The notes under the pieces were generated by a model that ran no database searches, was not told the DNA's origin, and saw only the letters and a list, made by a program, of their open reading frames with translations. From IMG/VR virus record IMGVR_UViG_3300029570_000316: a stretch of DNA of 64,000 nt; one strand, written 5' to 3'. The stretch comes from a virus (lineage: Duplodnaviria; Heunggongvirae; Uroviricota; Caudoviricetes). Positions within the stretch are counted from its first letter, which is position 1, and each line of letters opens with the position of its first letter. This document shows positions 33,371 to 42,483 of the stretch, one piece after another. Both the position numbers and the translations under genes were made by a program.

Positions 33371-34297
33371 TTAAATCAAACCTCGTTCCTTGAACTCATT
33401 CATCAATGGTGTTGCTAAGACCTCAATATCTGGATGAGGCTTTCCGGTCGTTCCAAGACTTCTCAACTCGAAGAAATGCTTCCAATCGCTCACAAATGCG
33501 GTATGAATCAACTCCGTGTTGGTATCAAGAGGAAGTATCGTTCTCGCATCCTGTGGCTTAAGACCATCATCCTTGACCAAAGACAAATACATCATTTCGC
33601 ATACTCTATTGGCAAACCACCATTTTTCTACCGGACTCCAATGCTCATAACTACCGATATTCTTTGATAGGTCAACAAATGTTCCACCATCAAAAGACAA
33701 TGGATTAACCGCATCATCTTTGCTAACCCACTTTGGCTTGTTGATAGCAATCTCGCCTCCGAACTTATCTTTACTATAGTTGCAATATCGGGTGCTTTGT
33801 TCCGCTACGGAATCTACACGATGTCTGTTAGCCTCTCTACTTACCGCAATCTGAGTAGTAAAACGGACTGTTATTCGCTTCTCATGCCATTCCGTAGGCT
33901 CGCAAATATAGTCCAAATCCTCAAACCAGTTATTTTCAACTATCACTCTGTAGTTGGTTGTGATATAGTAGTCACTGCCAATCTGCATCACCTTTGAATA
34001 TTTGTTCTCACGATAGTGCTTGACCAATAAAGACTCCGGTACAAAAAATCCTTCTTCATAGGCAACATGGAGGTAAATCGTTCCATGCTCACACATGGCA
34101 AGATGATTACTGCTTACCATACGCTCAACGAAAGGCTTTGCGCTGTCTTTATCAATCTTCATACTTGACGCATAACATGTACGACCGCACAACTCTATCT
34201 GTTTATAAACTCCATCCATGCCCTCACCTTGGGATAGGATTTCATATCTCGGTTCTAATATCTTCATGTCCTTATAAGTTTTGAAATTCGACCACAA
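33371..34297 (-). CDS. thyX: flavin-dependent thymidylate synthase ThyX
   Basis: 308 aa; ThyX signature RHRVDSVAEQSTRY (RHRx7-8S). Confidence 0.85.
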   Translation of the reverse strand: MWSNFKTYKDMKILEPRYEILSQGEGMDGVYKQIELCGRTCYASSMKIDKDSAKPFVERMVSSNHLAMCEHGTIYLHVAYEEGFFVPESLLVKHYRENKYSKVMQIGSDYYITTNYRVIVENNWFEDLDYICEPTEWHEKRITVRFTTQIAVSREANRHRVDSVAEQSTRYCNYSKDKFGGEIAINKPKWVSKDDAVNPLSFDGGTFVDLSKNIGSYEHWSPVEKWWFANRVCEMMYLSLVKDDGLKPQDARTILPLDTNTELIHTAFVSDWKHFFELRSLGTTGKPHPDIEVLATPLMNEFKERGLI

Positions 34298-34384
34298 AGA
34301 TAACTATTATTTTCCACTCTACCAAAAATTAACACTCAGTTTAACAACACTTATCTATATTGTGAAAAACAAAAACTTTCACCC

Positions 34385-34420
34385 CAAAAAAGAGGAGAGT
34401 GCATCACGCATTCCCCTCTT
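34385..34420 (-). terminator. rho-independent terminator after the tape-measure gene
   Basis: Minus sense AAGAGGGGAATGCGTGATGCACTCTCCTCTT followed by T6. Confidence 0.5.
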
Positions 34421-34444
34421 ACTTTAACATGGCACAAATTAAGT

Positions 34445-37400
34445 TTACAATCTACTCATCTTATCTTTCAATTCGTGTATATCATTGAATGCTTGCAACA
34501 TAGGCTTATGCCAACGCTCTTGTCGCTCATCAATCGACTGCAAGTACATTAAGCTTTGTGCAAGGATAGTCCTACCCTCATCAACAGCTAACCAAATGTT
34601 ACCTACATTACCCATTATAGTATTCACGCTAGCTGTTAGTAAGCTACTCTCTGCGCCACCATCACGAGCCGCAATAGCATCCAACTTGGTATTTATGAGC
34701 TTTGTTTCCTCATACGTTCCCTCTGTTGCAATTTGTACCGCAGTGAAACGACCATTCAACTCTTCTCCAGTATCTTGGCTCATTGATTCAAAAGAACCGG
34801 AAGAAGCGGACTGCTCGTAAGATTGCTTGTAGCCCGTTATTTCGGCTACTTCATCTCTAATCTTCAGTCCTTCTTGAACCATTTCATCATACTTTCCCTT
34901 CAAGGCAGTTATATCTGTCTTTGACAATTTACCACCATTTGCCTCAGCTCGTTCCGCCCATTCGTCATAGAATGCTTGCATATCATTTCCCAACAAATCA
35001 TCCACCTTAGCTTTCAGAACGGCTTGCATAAGCATCTTGGAGAAATTATCAGAGAAGTCTTGAGCAGAGGAATTCATATCCATCAAAGTATCTATGAACT
35101 CGCTCTTCAAACTATCAAAAGATATTTGCGTCAAGCTTTCTGCAAGGTCATCAGCAATTTCCTCTAATGTTCCAGCCTCAGCCGCATAGTCTTTCAACTT
35201 TTCAAGAACTCTACCTCCATAGCCACCCTTACCTGTATTCTTGATAGCCTCAACCATATCTGGATTCTGCAAAATGGCAGCTGCTTCATCAGCAGATTGC
35301 AAGTCGTTAAGATTACCATTCCATTGTCTGCCTATTGCATCGGACACCTTTTTGATTTGCTCTTGCGAAAATCCTCGGAAATAAGCGTTAAAACTGTGAT
35401 GAGAGCCATGATAACCCATTTGCGCCTCCATGATACTCTTTAAATTTTGTTCTTTCTCCTTTTGGAGGTTTTCGGCTTTTTTAGCATCCTCTACGGCTTT
35501 AATACCACTATTCTTGTCTATGGAGTCTCGTAACTTGTCTATAGCATCCGTCAAGATTTCATTTCTATCCGTCAATTTATCTATAGTCCGGTTTACTTCT
35601 TTTGCGTTTCCACCAACTCCAAACAAACTATTGAAGCCACCAAACGATATTGTATTGAGAATATTACCAATACCGCTTATCAAAGACCCTCCTATCTGTG
35701 TGATAAAATCACCACTTAGGATATTCTTCAAGATTCCACTTATAGCATTAAAAACAGTGTCAAGAAGGTTGCTAATCAAAGTTCCAATACCATCTTTCAA
35801 AACATCAAGTATCTTCAAGATGGCAGATACGATTTGACCTATAAATCCAGCTTGTGATAATCCTTCGCTTAGAGCTTTTCCTGCATCCTTTCCAGCATCT
35901 GCGGCTGCATCTGCGGCTTCCTTGCCCATATCCTTCAGACCATCTGCCGCTTTCTTAGCCTCACTCAAAGCTTTCAATCCGTCAATTCCACCTTTAAGTT
36001 GATCGAAACTATCCCAAAGAGCTTCCAAATCAGATAATCCGGAATTTGAAAGGAACTCATGGATAGCGGAAATCGGTTGCGTCACATTCTGTGTCGTTAG
36101 AGCCAACTTCTGACCACTAGTACGAACTTTTGTGTTAGCCGTAACAATCTTCTTTCCGGACTCCGCTAACTGGCCTTGAACTTTATTCAAGTCTTCTTGT
36201 AGCCTTGTTTGCTCAGCAACATTACCCGACTTTTTCGCATTCGCTATCTGATTTTGTAAATCCTTAATGCGAGGTATAAGCTTGGTTTCCGTTTCCGTAT
36301 ATTCATCTTGAGCAATTTTCGCATTCTTCAGAGCCTCTTGATAAGCTACAACGTCCCTTGCAAGGTCTTTCCAACCTAAATCACTTGTATTACCAATCGA
36401 ATTACGGATATTCTGCATAGCATCAACGATATTCTTCTGCTGGTCTGCTCCCAAATTTTGGAACTTATCCGTACCTACGAACTTATCCAGATCTGCCAAT
36501 AAAGGAACAAGCGCATCTTTCATAATGCCACCAACATTTCCGAAGACTTGATACCAGTCTATCTTCTGCATAATAGCACTAGCCTCAACCGAATCCGTCT
36601 CTTTCTTCTGCTCTTCTTTCAAAGACTTTATCTTCCATTGCTTGCTTGAGTCCGAATCCGTAGAGTTTTCAACCTCGCTAATCCTCTTAGCATAATCGGC
36701 AGCAATAGCTAACTTCTGCTCCTGGAATGTGCCATAAGTCTTCAGATAATCGTACATGCTTTGCGCTTCTTTAGCAAGCACATCCTCATTCTGCTTTACC
36801 GCCTTATCCCGAATTGCATTCATCTGATTAGCAACACTCATGCCTATGGTCATATTCATACCATTGACCTTAACCGGATTACCCTTGCTATCCTTCATGG
36901 TTTCATTCAAAACCTCATTCTTATACTCTTCATCGGTTTTGCTCTGTTTCCACATATTAGCCTTACGACCCTTGCCGGAATTAACCCAAACAGCTTGGTC
37001 ACGCTTTTTCCTAGCCTCAACCAATTTGTCTATACCATCTTCTACCGCTTTTTTCTCCTTGTCGGCATTCTCCGTTATCTGAGCCAATTCCTTGCTATAG
37101 CCCTCATTCATCGCATTGATGCGGTTCTTGGTCATATCTTGGATAGCTTTCTCCGAATAGGATGAAATAGACTTGAAATAGTCCTCCTCAGCCTTCTTGC
37201 GTTCATACGCTCTTGCTTGTGGGTCATCCGTTGCACCTGTTTTCTTAGGTGTAGTCTTGGTTGTGTTTGATATTGTTCTACCATTCTTATTTGCATTTCT
37301 TTTGTCTAGTTCCCATTTTGCTAATTGTGCATCATTGAAACTTTGTTGTTGATTTCTAAATACACCATTTGTTTTAAGAATTAAATTACGTCCATGATGC

Positions 37401-40400
37401 GTTTTCTTATAATCACCTTGTGTTTTGGTGTCTCGTAATCTTCTATTCAATAAGTCTTTCAACTGTGAATCTGTCATTGACTTCATCCAAGATGGAATTT
37501 TACTATCATCAACGTTAATTAGTAAATTCAATCCATAAGTTCGACTCCAAACACTAATAAGTTGTTCCGTCGAAGAAGTTAATTCGTCTATGGACATCTT
37601 ATTCCGCTTATTTACCCAATTATTTCGAGCTTGTGTATTACTCCAATCAACTCCTTTTAAGATTACATTGTTTACCGCTTCTTCGGCTCTCTTATAACTA
37701 TCTTTCAACGAAATTACAGAATCAACATGACGCAAAATAGAACTCTTCAAACTTGCTAACTGAAAACTATTGTATCCCATTTTTTTTCCCCATTCTTCAA
37801 ATGGTACTAACATCGAGCGAAGAGCGGTATCATAGTCTTGTGCCGCCTTTGCATATTCTAAAGTTCCCTTTGTGGCATCATCCATACTTTTCTTTAATGA
37901 GCCAATCTTTTCTATCGTACTATCGGGTACAATCTGTTTAAACATCATTTGAACAGCAGATATATCTTCCTTCTTGATATGTTGTCCAAAATCCAACCAA
38001 CTTCCACCTAAATCATCCGCAAACTTATCGTCTAAAGATTTGCGTGCCTCTTCATATTTGGAAGCTATGGACATCAAGGCATTTGCCCTCTCTCTCTCAT
38101 CATTTTCCAATTGTAATGATGCAGTAAATTCATCGTGCTTGTTTTTTAAAGTTTCTAAATTTTCCTTTTCACCATCACATTTAACACCATATTGCTCATA
38201 AACACCAATAAGCTCTTCCTTTGCTTTTTTATGTGCATCGGTACTACTATCAGTATTCTTCATTACATTTAACAAGGCTTCTACCTTATTGGTAGTTAGA
38301 CTAGCCGTTTCGCCAAAATGAGAAGTATCAGCCGATATTTCTTCAGTCTCGTCTCCAAACATAGAAAATACGGAATACAAAGTTGTTCCCAGTGTTATCA
38401 ATGCACCTATTGGATTAGCAGCCATTGCCGCCCATAAACTCTTCAAGGCATTTCCACTACTTCTTACCGCACTAGAAAAAAGATTAACTACCGTAGTCGT
38501 ATATTTTGTACCTGCTGCATAAAGCGCATTTTTGACAGTGGCTGTTGTTGTCGCCAATATCCCAGCTTTCTTTGCAGTGGTATTGGAAGCTTGAGAAACA
38601 GTGTTAATATTATTTTGTATCGTAGCCTGTTGCTTACTTAAATTCTCCTTTGTTTGAGCAATCGTCTTACGTTCGCTTTCAATGGTCGAAATCTTTGTTT
38701 GAGCAGCATTCACTTGTTTTGTTGTCGTTTCCAAACGTTCTTTTGCTTCTAGCGCATTCACGGCATTACCCTCTGCATCAAAAGCTAAGTTTGCGCCACC
38801 AGCAGTTTCCTCAACCAATTTTTGAGCCTCAGCAAAGGCATCTTGGGCATCTTGCAAATCATTCAAGGCTGCTGTATATTGTCTAGCCAACTCAATATCC
38901 CTATCATCAAGATTTGATATTTTCTCCGTGGTTGTTTTCAAATCTTCTTTAAGAGATTCTATCTTTTGTTGACGAAGTTCCTCTGTCTTTCTTTTTTCTT
39001 CATCAAGCTCAATTTGGCTTTGTGCCGTTGCTTGTTGTTGAGCCTGTAAAAGTTCACGTTTCGTTTCTAGTTGGGAACGCATTTGTGCCGAAATAACGCC
39101 CTCTTGCTCGGCTGCATCTAACCTTGCCTTTACAAAATCATCGGACACAGCGGTATCTCCAACAACACTTGCCAAGTCTTGTTGTTTGCTTACTCGCTCT
39201 TGCTTTTTGTCCTTACCCATCGATTTATTGTTTGAGTTCTCCAGGTCTTGCAAACGCTTGATTTCAGCATCAATTCCCTTCATCATATCATCGGCTTGTT
39301 GCGCTTCCTCTGCTTTGCGAATAGAAGCAGCCGCCATTAATGATGCACGATAAGAACCAACGGCTACTATAGCTGTACCAATAGTTTTTATAACCTCTTG
39401 CCAATTCTCTACCATAGCAGAAATAATTGACAATCCGCTAGAGAACACGCCCTCGGATTTTTTGCCGATTTCGTTGAACATCTGCTGGATGGAGTCACCA
39501 ATATTGCTCCACTGACCCTCCAAAGTTTTTGATTGCTGTTCCATCAAGCCTCCGAAGCGTCCACCTGCTTGCGTCATGTTGGCGATAGCTTCCTTGAAGA
39601 TGTCTGATGTCACTTTACCCTTGGAAACAGACTCTTGAACCTCCGTTGTGTTTTGGTGTAAAATTTTACCCAACTCTTCTGCCAAAGGAATACCTCTACC
39701 CATGAACTGACGCAAATCCACTGTAAACATTCTTCCTTGCGAAACGGTCGTTCCATAAAGATAAACAAGGTCTCCAAGCGGAATGTTCAAGCCCGAAGCA
39801 ATGTCACCAAGCTGGACAAGGGTTTTGTTAACATCTTTCGCTTCCGTTCCGTATGCCAAAAGTTGTTTTGCACCACTCGTAACACTGGACAAATCGAAAG
39901 GCGTATGAGCTGCCGTTTGGATAAGTTCATCCATCAATTGTTTGGACTTATCCAAACTACCAAGCATGGTATTGAAAGATATTTCAAGTTGTTGGAATTG
40001 GGAACGAGTATTGAAAATACTACTTGTCAGTTGTTCAAATCCTAAACCGCCAAGCAAAGCAGCCGAAAGCATGTGAGCATCACCAGTTACCCTTTGAAAC
40101 AAGCTAGACATACCCTCTCCGGCAGTAGGAGCAGACTTCATGCGTTCTATCATTTGGTTCATGCTATCGGTCAACATATTTGTGGCATCTTTTGCCGGAT
40201 TTGCTGAACCTGCATACAAAACATACTCATTCCGCATGTTCTCCAAGGTCTGACGAGCACCGACAGCACCTCCTTCTAGGTTCTTTAATTGCGCAGTTTG
40301 ACCTGCCAAAGAACCTTTCAAATAGTCAATATTCTTCTGTAAAGAATCTATGGATGACTTATCCGTTGTAACTCCTAGAGTTAATCTCTTGTTCGTGATT

Positions 40401-40711
40401 TGCTGTTGGATTTTCTCTATTCGGTCTTTGGTAGCTTGCATTTGAAGTTCATAGCTATAAACTTCCCTTGCGGCTGCTTGCATCTTCTTATTAAACTCGG
40501 AAGACATCACGTAAGCGGCTCTTGAAGCAGCTTGTGTCAAGTCCTTTAAGCGATTGCTAGCATCCGCATATTTTTCCGTCAAATCCGCAACAATAGCTGG
40601 GTCGGTTGACTTATTGGTCTTCAACAACTCAGCCCTCAATTTCTCACACTCGGAACGAAGTTTCGTTACCTCTTCGAAATTTGCTCGAACGTCAAATCTT
40701 AATTCTGCCAT
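34445..40711 (-). CDS. tail tape-measure protein (2088 aa)
   Basis: Very long, largely alpha-helical and coiled-coil Ala/Gln/Lys/Glu-rich protein with Gly-rich stretches, typical of a tape-measure protein. Followed by a rho-independent terminator. Confidence 0.7.
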   Translation of the reverse strand: MAELRFDVRANFEEVTKLRSECEKLRAELLKTNKSTDPAIVADLTEKYADASNRLKDLTQAASRAAYVMSSEFNKKMQAAAREVYSYELQMQATKDRIEKIQQQITNKRLTLGVTTDKSSIDSLQKNIDYLKGSLAGQTAQLKNLEGGAVGARQTLENMRNEYVLYAGSANPAKDATNMLTDSMNQMIERMKSAPTAGEGMSSLFQRVTGDAHMLSAALLGGLGFEQLTSSIFNTRSQFQQLEISFNTMLGSLDKSKQLMDELIQTAAHTPFDLSSVTSGAKQLLAYGTEAKDVNKTLVQLGDIASGLNIPLGDLVYLYGTTVSQGRMFTVDLRQFMGRGIPLAEELGKILHQNTTEVQESVSKGKVTSDIFKEAIANMTQAGGRFGGLMEQQSKTLEGQWSNIGDSIQQMFNEIGKKSEGVFSSGLSIISAMVENWQEVIKTIGTAIVAVGSYRASLMAAASIRKAEEAQQADDMMKGIDAEIKRLQDLENSNNKSMGKDKKQERVSKQQDLASVVGDTAVSDDFVKARLDAAEQEGVISAQMRSQLETKRELLQAQQQATAQSQIELDEEKRKTEELRQQKIESLKEDLKTTTEKISNLDDRDIELARQYTAALNDLQDAQDAFAEAQKLVEETAGGANLAFDAEGNAVNALEAKERLETTTKQVNAAQTKISTIESERKTIAQTKENLSKQQATIQNNINTVSQASNTTAKKAGILATTTATVKNALYAAGTKYTTTVVNLFSSAVRSSGNALKSLWAAMAANPIGALITLGTTLYSVFSMFGDETEEISADTSHFGETASLTTNKVEALLNVMKNTDSSTDAHKKAKEELIGVYEQYGVKCDGEKENLETLKNKHDEFTASLQLENDERERANALMSIASKYEEARKSLDDKFADDLGGSWLDFGQHIKKEDISAVQMMFKQIVPDSTIEKIGSLKKSMDDATKGTLEYAKAAQDYDTALRSMLVPFEEWGKKMGYNSFQLASLKSSILRHVDSVISLKDSYKRAEEAVNNVILKGVDWSNTQARNNWVNKRNKMSIDELTSSTEQLISVWSRTYGLNLLINVDDSKIPSWMKSMTDSQLKDLLNRRLRDTKTQGDYKKTHHGRNLILKTNGVFRNQQQSFNDAQLAKWELDKRNANKNGRTISNTTKTTPKKTGATDDPQARAYERKKAEEDYFKSISSYSEKAIQDMTKNRINAMNEGYSKELAQITENADKEKKAVEDGIDKLVEARKKRDQAVWVNSGKGRKANMWKQSKTDEEYKNEVLNETMKDSKGNPVKVNGMNMTIGMSVANQMNAIRDKAVKQNEDVLAKEAQSMYDYLKTYGTFQEQKLAIAADYAKRISEVENSTDSDSSKQWKIKSLKEEQKKETDSVEASAIMQKIDWYQVFGNVGGIMKDALVPLLADLDKFVGTDKFQNLGADQQKNIVDAMQNIRNSIGNTSDLGWKDLARDVVAYQEALKNAKIAQDEYTETETKLIPRIKDLQNQIANAKKSGNVAEQTRLQEDLNKVQGQLAESGKKIVTANTKVRTSGQKLALTTQNVTQPISAIHEFLSNSGLSDLEALWDSFDQLKGGIDGLKALSEAKKAADGLKDMGKEAADAAADAGKDAGKALSEGLSQAGFIGQIVSAILKILDVLKDGIGTLISNLLDTVFNAISGILKNILSGDFITQIGGSLISGIGNILNTISFGGFNSLFGVGGNAKEVNRTIDKLTDRNEILTDAIDKLRDSIDKNSGIKAVEDAKKAENLQKEKEQNLKSIMEAQMGYHGSHHSFNAYFRGFSQEQIKKVSDAIGRQWNGNLNDLQSADEAAAILQNPDMVEAIKNTGKGGYGGRVLEKLKDYAAEAGTLEEIADDLAESLTQISFDSLKSEFIDTLMDMNSSAQDFSDNFSKMLMQAVLKAKVDDLLGNDMQAFYDEWAERAEANGGKLSKTDITALKGKYDEMVQEGLKIRDEVAEITGYKQSYEQSASSGSFESMSQDTGEELNGRFTAVQIATEGTYEETKLINTKLDAIAARDGGAESSLLTASVNTIMGNVGNIWLAVDEGRTILAQSLMYLQSIDERQERWHKPMLQAFNDIHELKDKMSRL

Positions 40712-40891
40712 TTCTTTACTTTTTATTTGGCAAAATTAGCTAATAGTCAAAGGAATATCGAATGAATTAAAAGGTGCTATTTCACAAAAGATTTAAGTGC
40801 AAAGAATAATGTCTAGATACAAAAAAGCCTTCCACATTCACATGCAGAAGGCTCGGTTGTTTACTTATTTTTCTTCTATATATAAAGACCG

Positions 40892-41296
40892 TCAAATCAC
40901 GACAGCCTGTAATTCTTTTGAAATTCCATGTAAGCAATCAAGAATTTGCTGCTTACGTTTTTTGCTAGGCTCATGGATTCCCATTGCATACTGACGCATC
41001 AGAGAAGCATTAATGCCAGCTTTCTTTGCGACACCATTTATATTCAGATATGAAAAATAATCGAAGAAAGAACCTATATCATACCGGAACTCAAACACCA
41101 ATTCAGGCATTTGCTTTCCCTCTTCTTCAAGAAGCTCTTTAATCTCTTCCTTTGCTACAAAAATATCATCCATCGCTTGTTTTGCAGAGTTGCCAAATCC
41201 GACTAGATGGAAGTCTGGAAATTTATCCACCATATAGCAAGAAAAATTCTTTTCTTCTTTACACTTTTCTACTTGTATAATTACCTTTGTTGCCAT
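40892..41296 (-). CDS. hicB: HicB-family antitoxin
   Basis: 134 aa immediately downstream of the HicA-like gene; size and arrangement match canonical hicA-hicB. Confidence 0.55.
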   Translation of the reverse strand: MATKVIIQVEKCKEEKNFSCYMVDKFPDFHLVGFGNSAKQAMDDIFVAKEEIKELLEEEGKQMPELVFEFRYDIGSFFDYFSYLNINGVAKKAGINASLMRQYAMGIHEPSKKRKQQILDCLHGISKELQAVVI

Positions 41297-41373
41297 AATT
41301 CCGATTCTAAACTTTAAAAAGAGGTCTTAAACTCATATCAACTTCTTGCTATATAAGCGAAAAATTGCTGGGC

Positions 41374-41562
41374 TTAAAGCCCAAGCAATCTTTCAAGAAT
41401 ACTGTCGTAAGTCTTTCGAGAAACTTCACGACTGCCGTGCCGTGGCACTGGACATTTAAGTTTTGTTGTTGGACTAAACCAAATGTCGTGATTACCACCA
41501 TGCCGAACCACATAGCAACCTGCTTGGGTCAGCTTTCTCACTAATTGACTAGTCTTCATCAT
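41374..41562 (-). CDS. hicA: HicA-family toxin (mRNA interferase)
   Basis: 62 aa; ...RHGGNHDIWFSP...PVPRHG... matches the HicA/YcfA consensus (GSHxxF...P.H). Confidence 0.7.
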   Translation of the reverse strand: MMKTSQLVRKLTQAGCYVVRHGGNHDIWFSPTTKLKCPVPRHGSREVSRKTYDSILERLLGL

Positions 41563-41616
41563 ATATAATAGAAGAAATTAATAAATAAGTAAAAGACCTC
41601 TTTTGTCCTTAAGACA

Positions 41617-41627
41617 ATGCAAAGATA
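41617..41627 (-). promoter_or_regulatory. -7 promoter motif upstream of hicA
   Basis: ATGCAAAGATA about 55 nt upstream of the hicA start. Confidence 0.45.
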
Positions 41628-41690
41628 TAACTTTTTTGTTATATATGCAAATAAAAGGATAACTTTTTTGTTATATTAACCTCAATTAAC

Positions 41691-41719
41691 AAAAAAAGAG
41701 CCACCCCGAAGGATGGCTC
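41691..41719 (-). terminator. rho-independent terminator
   Basis: Minus sense GAGCCATCC-TTCG-GGGTGGCTC followed by T7; lies downstream of the 41813..42283 gene. Confidence 0.6.
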
Positions 41720-41729
41720 ACTTTACTTT

Positions 41730-41810
41730 ACTATACTAAACAGTTCTATACTGGGCTTCGCTGCACAACACTATACTGCGCTGTACTGGACAACACTTAA
41801 CTAAACTGCC
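41730..41810. repeat. iteron-like direct repeats (CTATACTG core, 4 copies)
   Basis: ACTATACTAAACAG, TTCTATACTGGGC, CACTATACTGCGC, GCTGTACTGGAC, plus AACTAAACTG. Confidence 0.45.
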
Positions 41811-41812
41811 CT

Positions 41813-42283
41813 TTATTTAAAATTAGCAAATACATCACGAACCTTTGCAAGTTTCGCCAATGTATCGTAATACTTAGATTGTTCTTCCATAGGCAAAGGT
41901 CGTACATTGTTTATGATGTCAGCACCTTGCTTTAATGCCTTCTTGATGTCGCTCATCATTTGGTCGTAGCCGTAATTGGCTTGCTCGTTGCCAGGAACAA
42001 TCACGTAGCCATTGCCCCAAACATTACGAAGGCAACATTGCTTATTTTTCAACATGTCCTCACGCAATTTTTCAACCATTGCCATGTACGTAAATTGCTG
42101 TAATTGGATAGCCTCAATATAAGCATCTACATCCTTATCATAATCTTCAAAAGCAAGTTTTGGTAAACCCAACTTCTCTTTGAGCCACTTATGTGGAATA
42201 AGCTGACCTTCTTCAAAGCTAGCTATTAGCTCTTCTTCGAACGCTCCTAGCACTTCATTTGTTAATTCCTTTACACTTTCCAT
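41813..42283 (-). CDS. hypothetical protein
   Basis: ORF trimmed to the internal Met (MESVKELT...), because the N-terminal extension of 41813..42364 reads through a tRNA-like mini-helix. Confidence 0.45.
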   Translation of the reverse strand: MESVKELTNEVLGAFEEELIASFEEGQLIPHKWLKEKLGLPKLAFEDYDKDVDAYIEAIQLQQFTYMAMVEKLREDMLKNKQCCLRNVWGNGYVIVPGNEQANYGYDQMMSDIKKALKQGADIINNVRPLPMEEQSKYYDTLAKLAKVRDVFANFK

Positions 42284-42302
42284 AATCGTTATTTTAACTT
42301 TG

Positions 42303-42345
42303 TTCTCTGTCAAGGATTCGAACCTTGATGAATACCATACAGAGA
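42303..42345 (-). ncRNA. tRNA-like mini-helix (acceptor stem + T arm only)
   Basis: Minus sense TCTCTGT-ATGGTATTCAT-CAAGG-TTCGAAT-CCTTG-ACAGAGA-A: 7-bp acceptor-like stem and canonical T arm, no D or anticodon arms. Confidence 0.35.
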
Positions 42346-42360
42346 AACCCTTTACCACAC

Positions 42361-42424
42361 TCAACTAAACTATACTGTACTTCACTGAACTATACTAGAC
42401 TAAACTTTACTGAACTAAACGATA
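42361..42424. repeat. degenerate ~21-nt tandem direct repeats (iteron-like; ACTATACTG / AACTAAAC core)
   Basis: TCAACTAAACTATACTGTACT / TCACTGAACTATACTAGACTA / AACTTTACTGAACTAAACGAT; related copies at 41730-41810. Confidence 0.5.
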
Positions 42425-42434
42425 AATATCTAGC

Positions 42435-42476
42435 TCCCCACAGAAGAATCGAACTTCTACTAGCACCATGTGGGGA
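42435..42476 (-). ncRNA. second tRNA-like mini-helix
   Basis: Minus sense TCCCCAC-ATGGTGCTAGT-AGAAG-TTCGATT-CTTCT-GTGGGGA: same architecture as 42303..42345. Confidence 0.35.
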
Positions 42477-42483
42477 TAACCAA

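Noticed and set aside
41730-42424. CRISPR array
   Set aside because: The repeats are short (8-21 nt), irregularly spaced, degenerate, and lack unique spacers of constant length. They look like iterons or regulatory repeats rather than a CRISPR array.
42284-42483. attP site with integrase
   Set aside because: tRNA 3'-half-like elements are present, but no tyrosine or serine recombinase ORF could be recognised anywhere in the window. The attP idea is kept only as one hypothesis within a finding.
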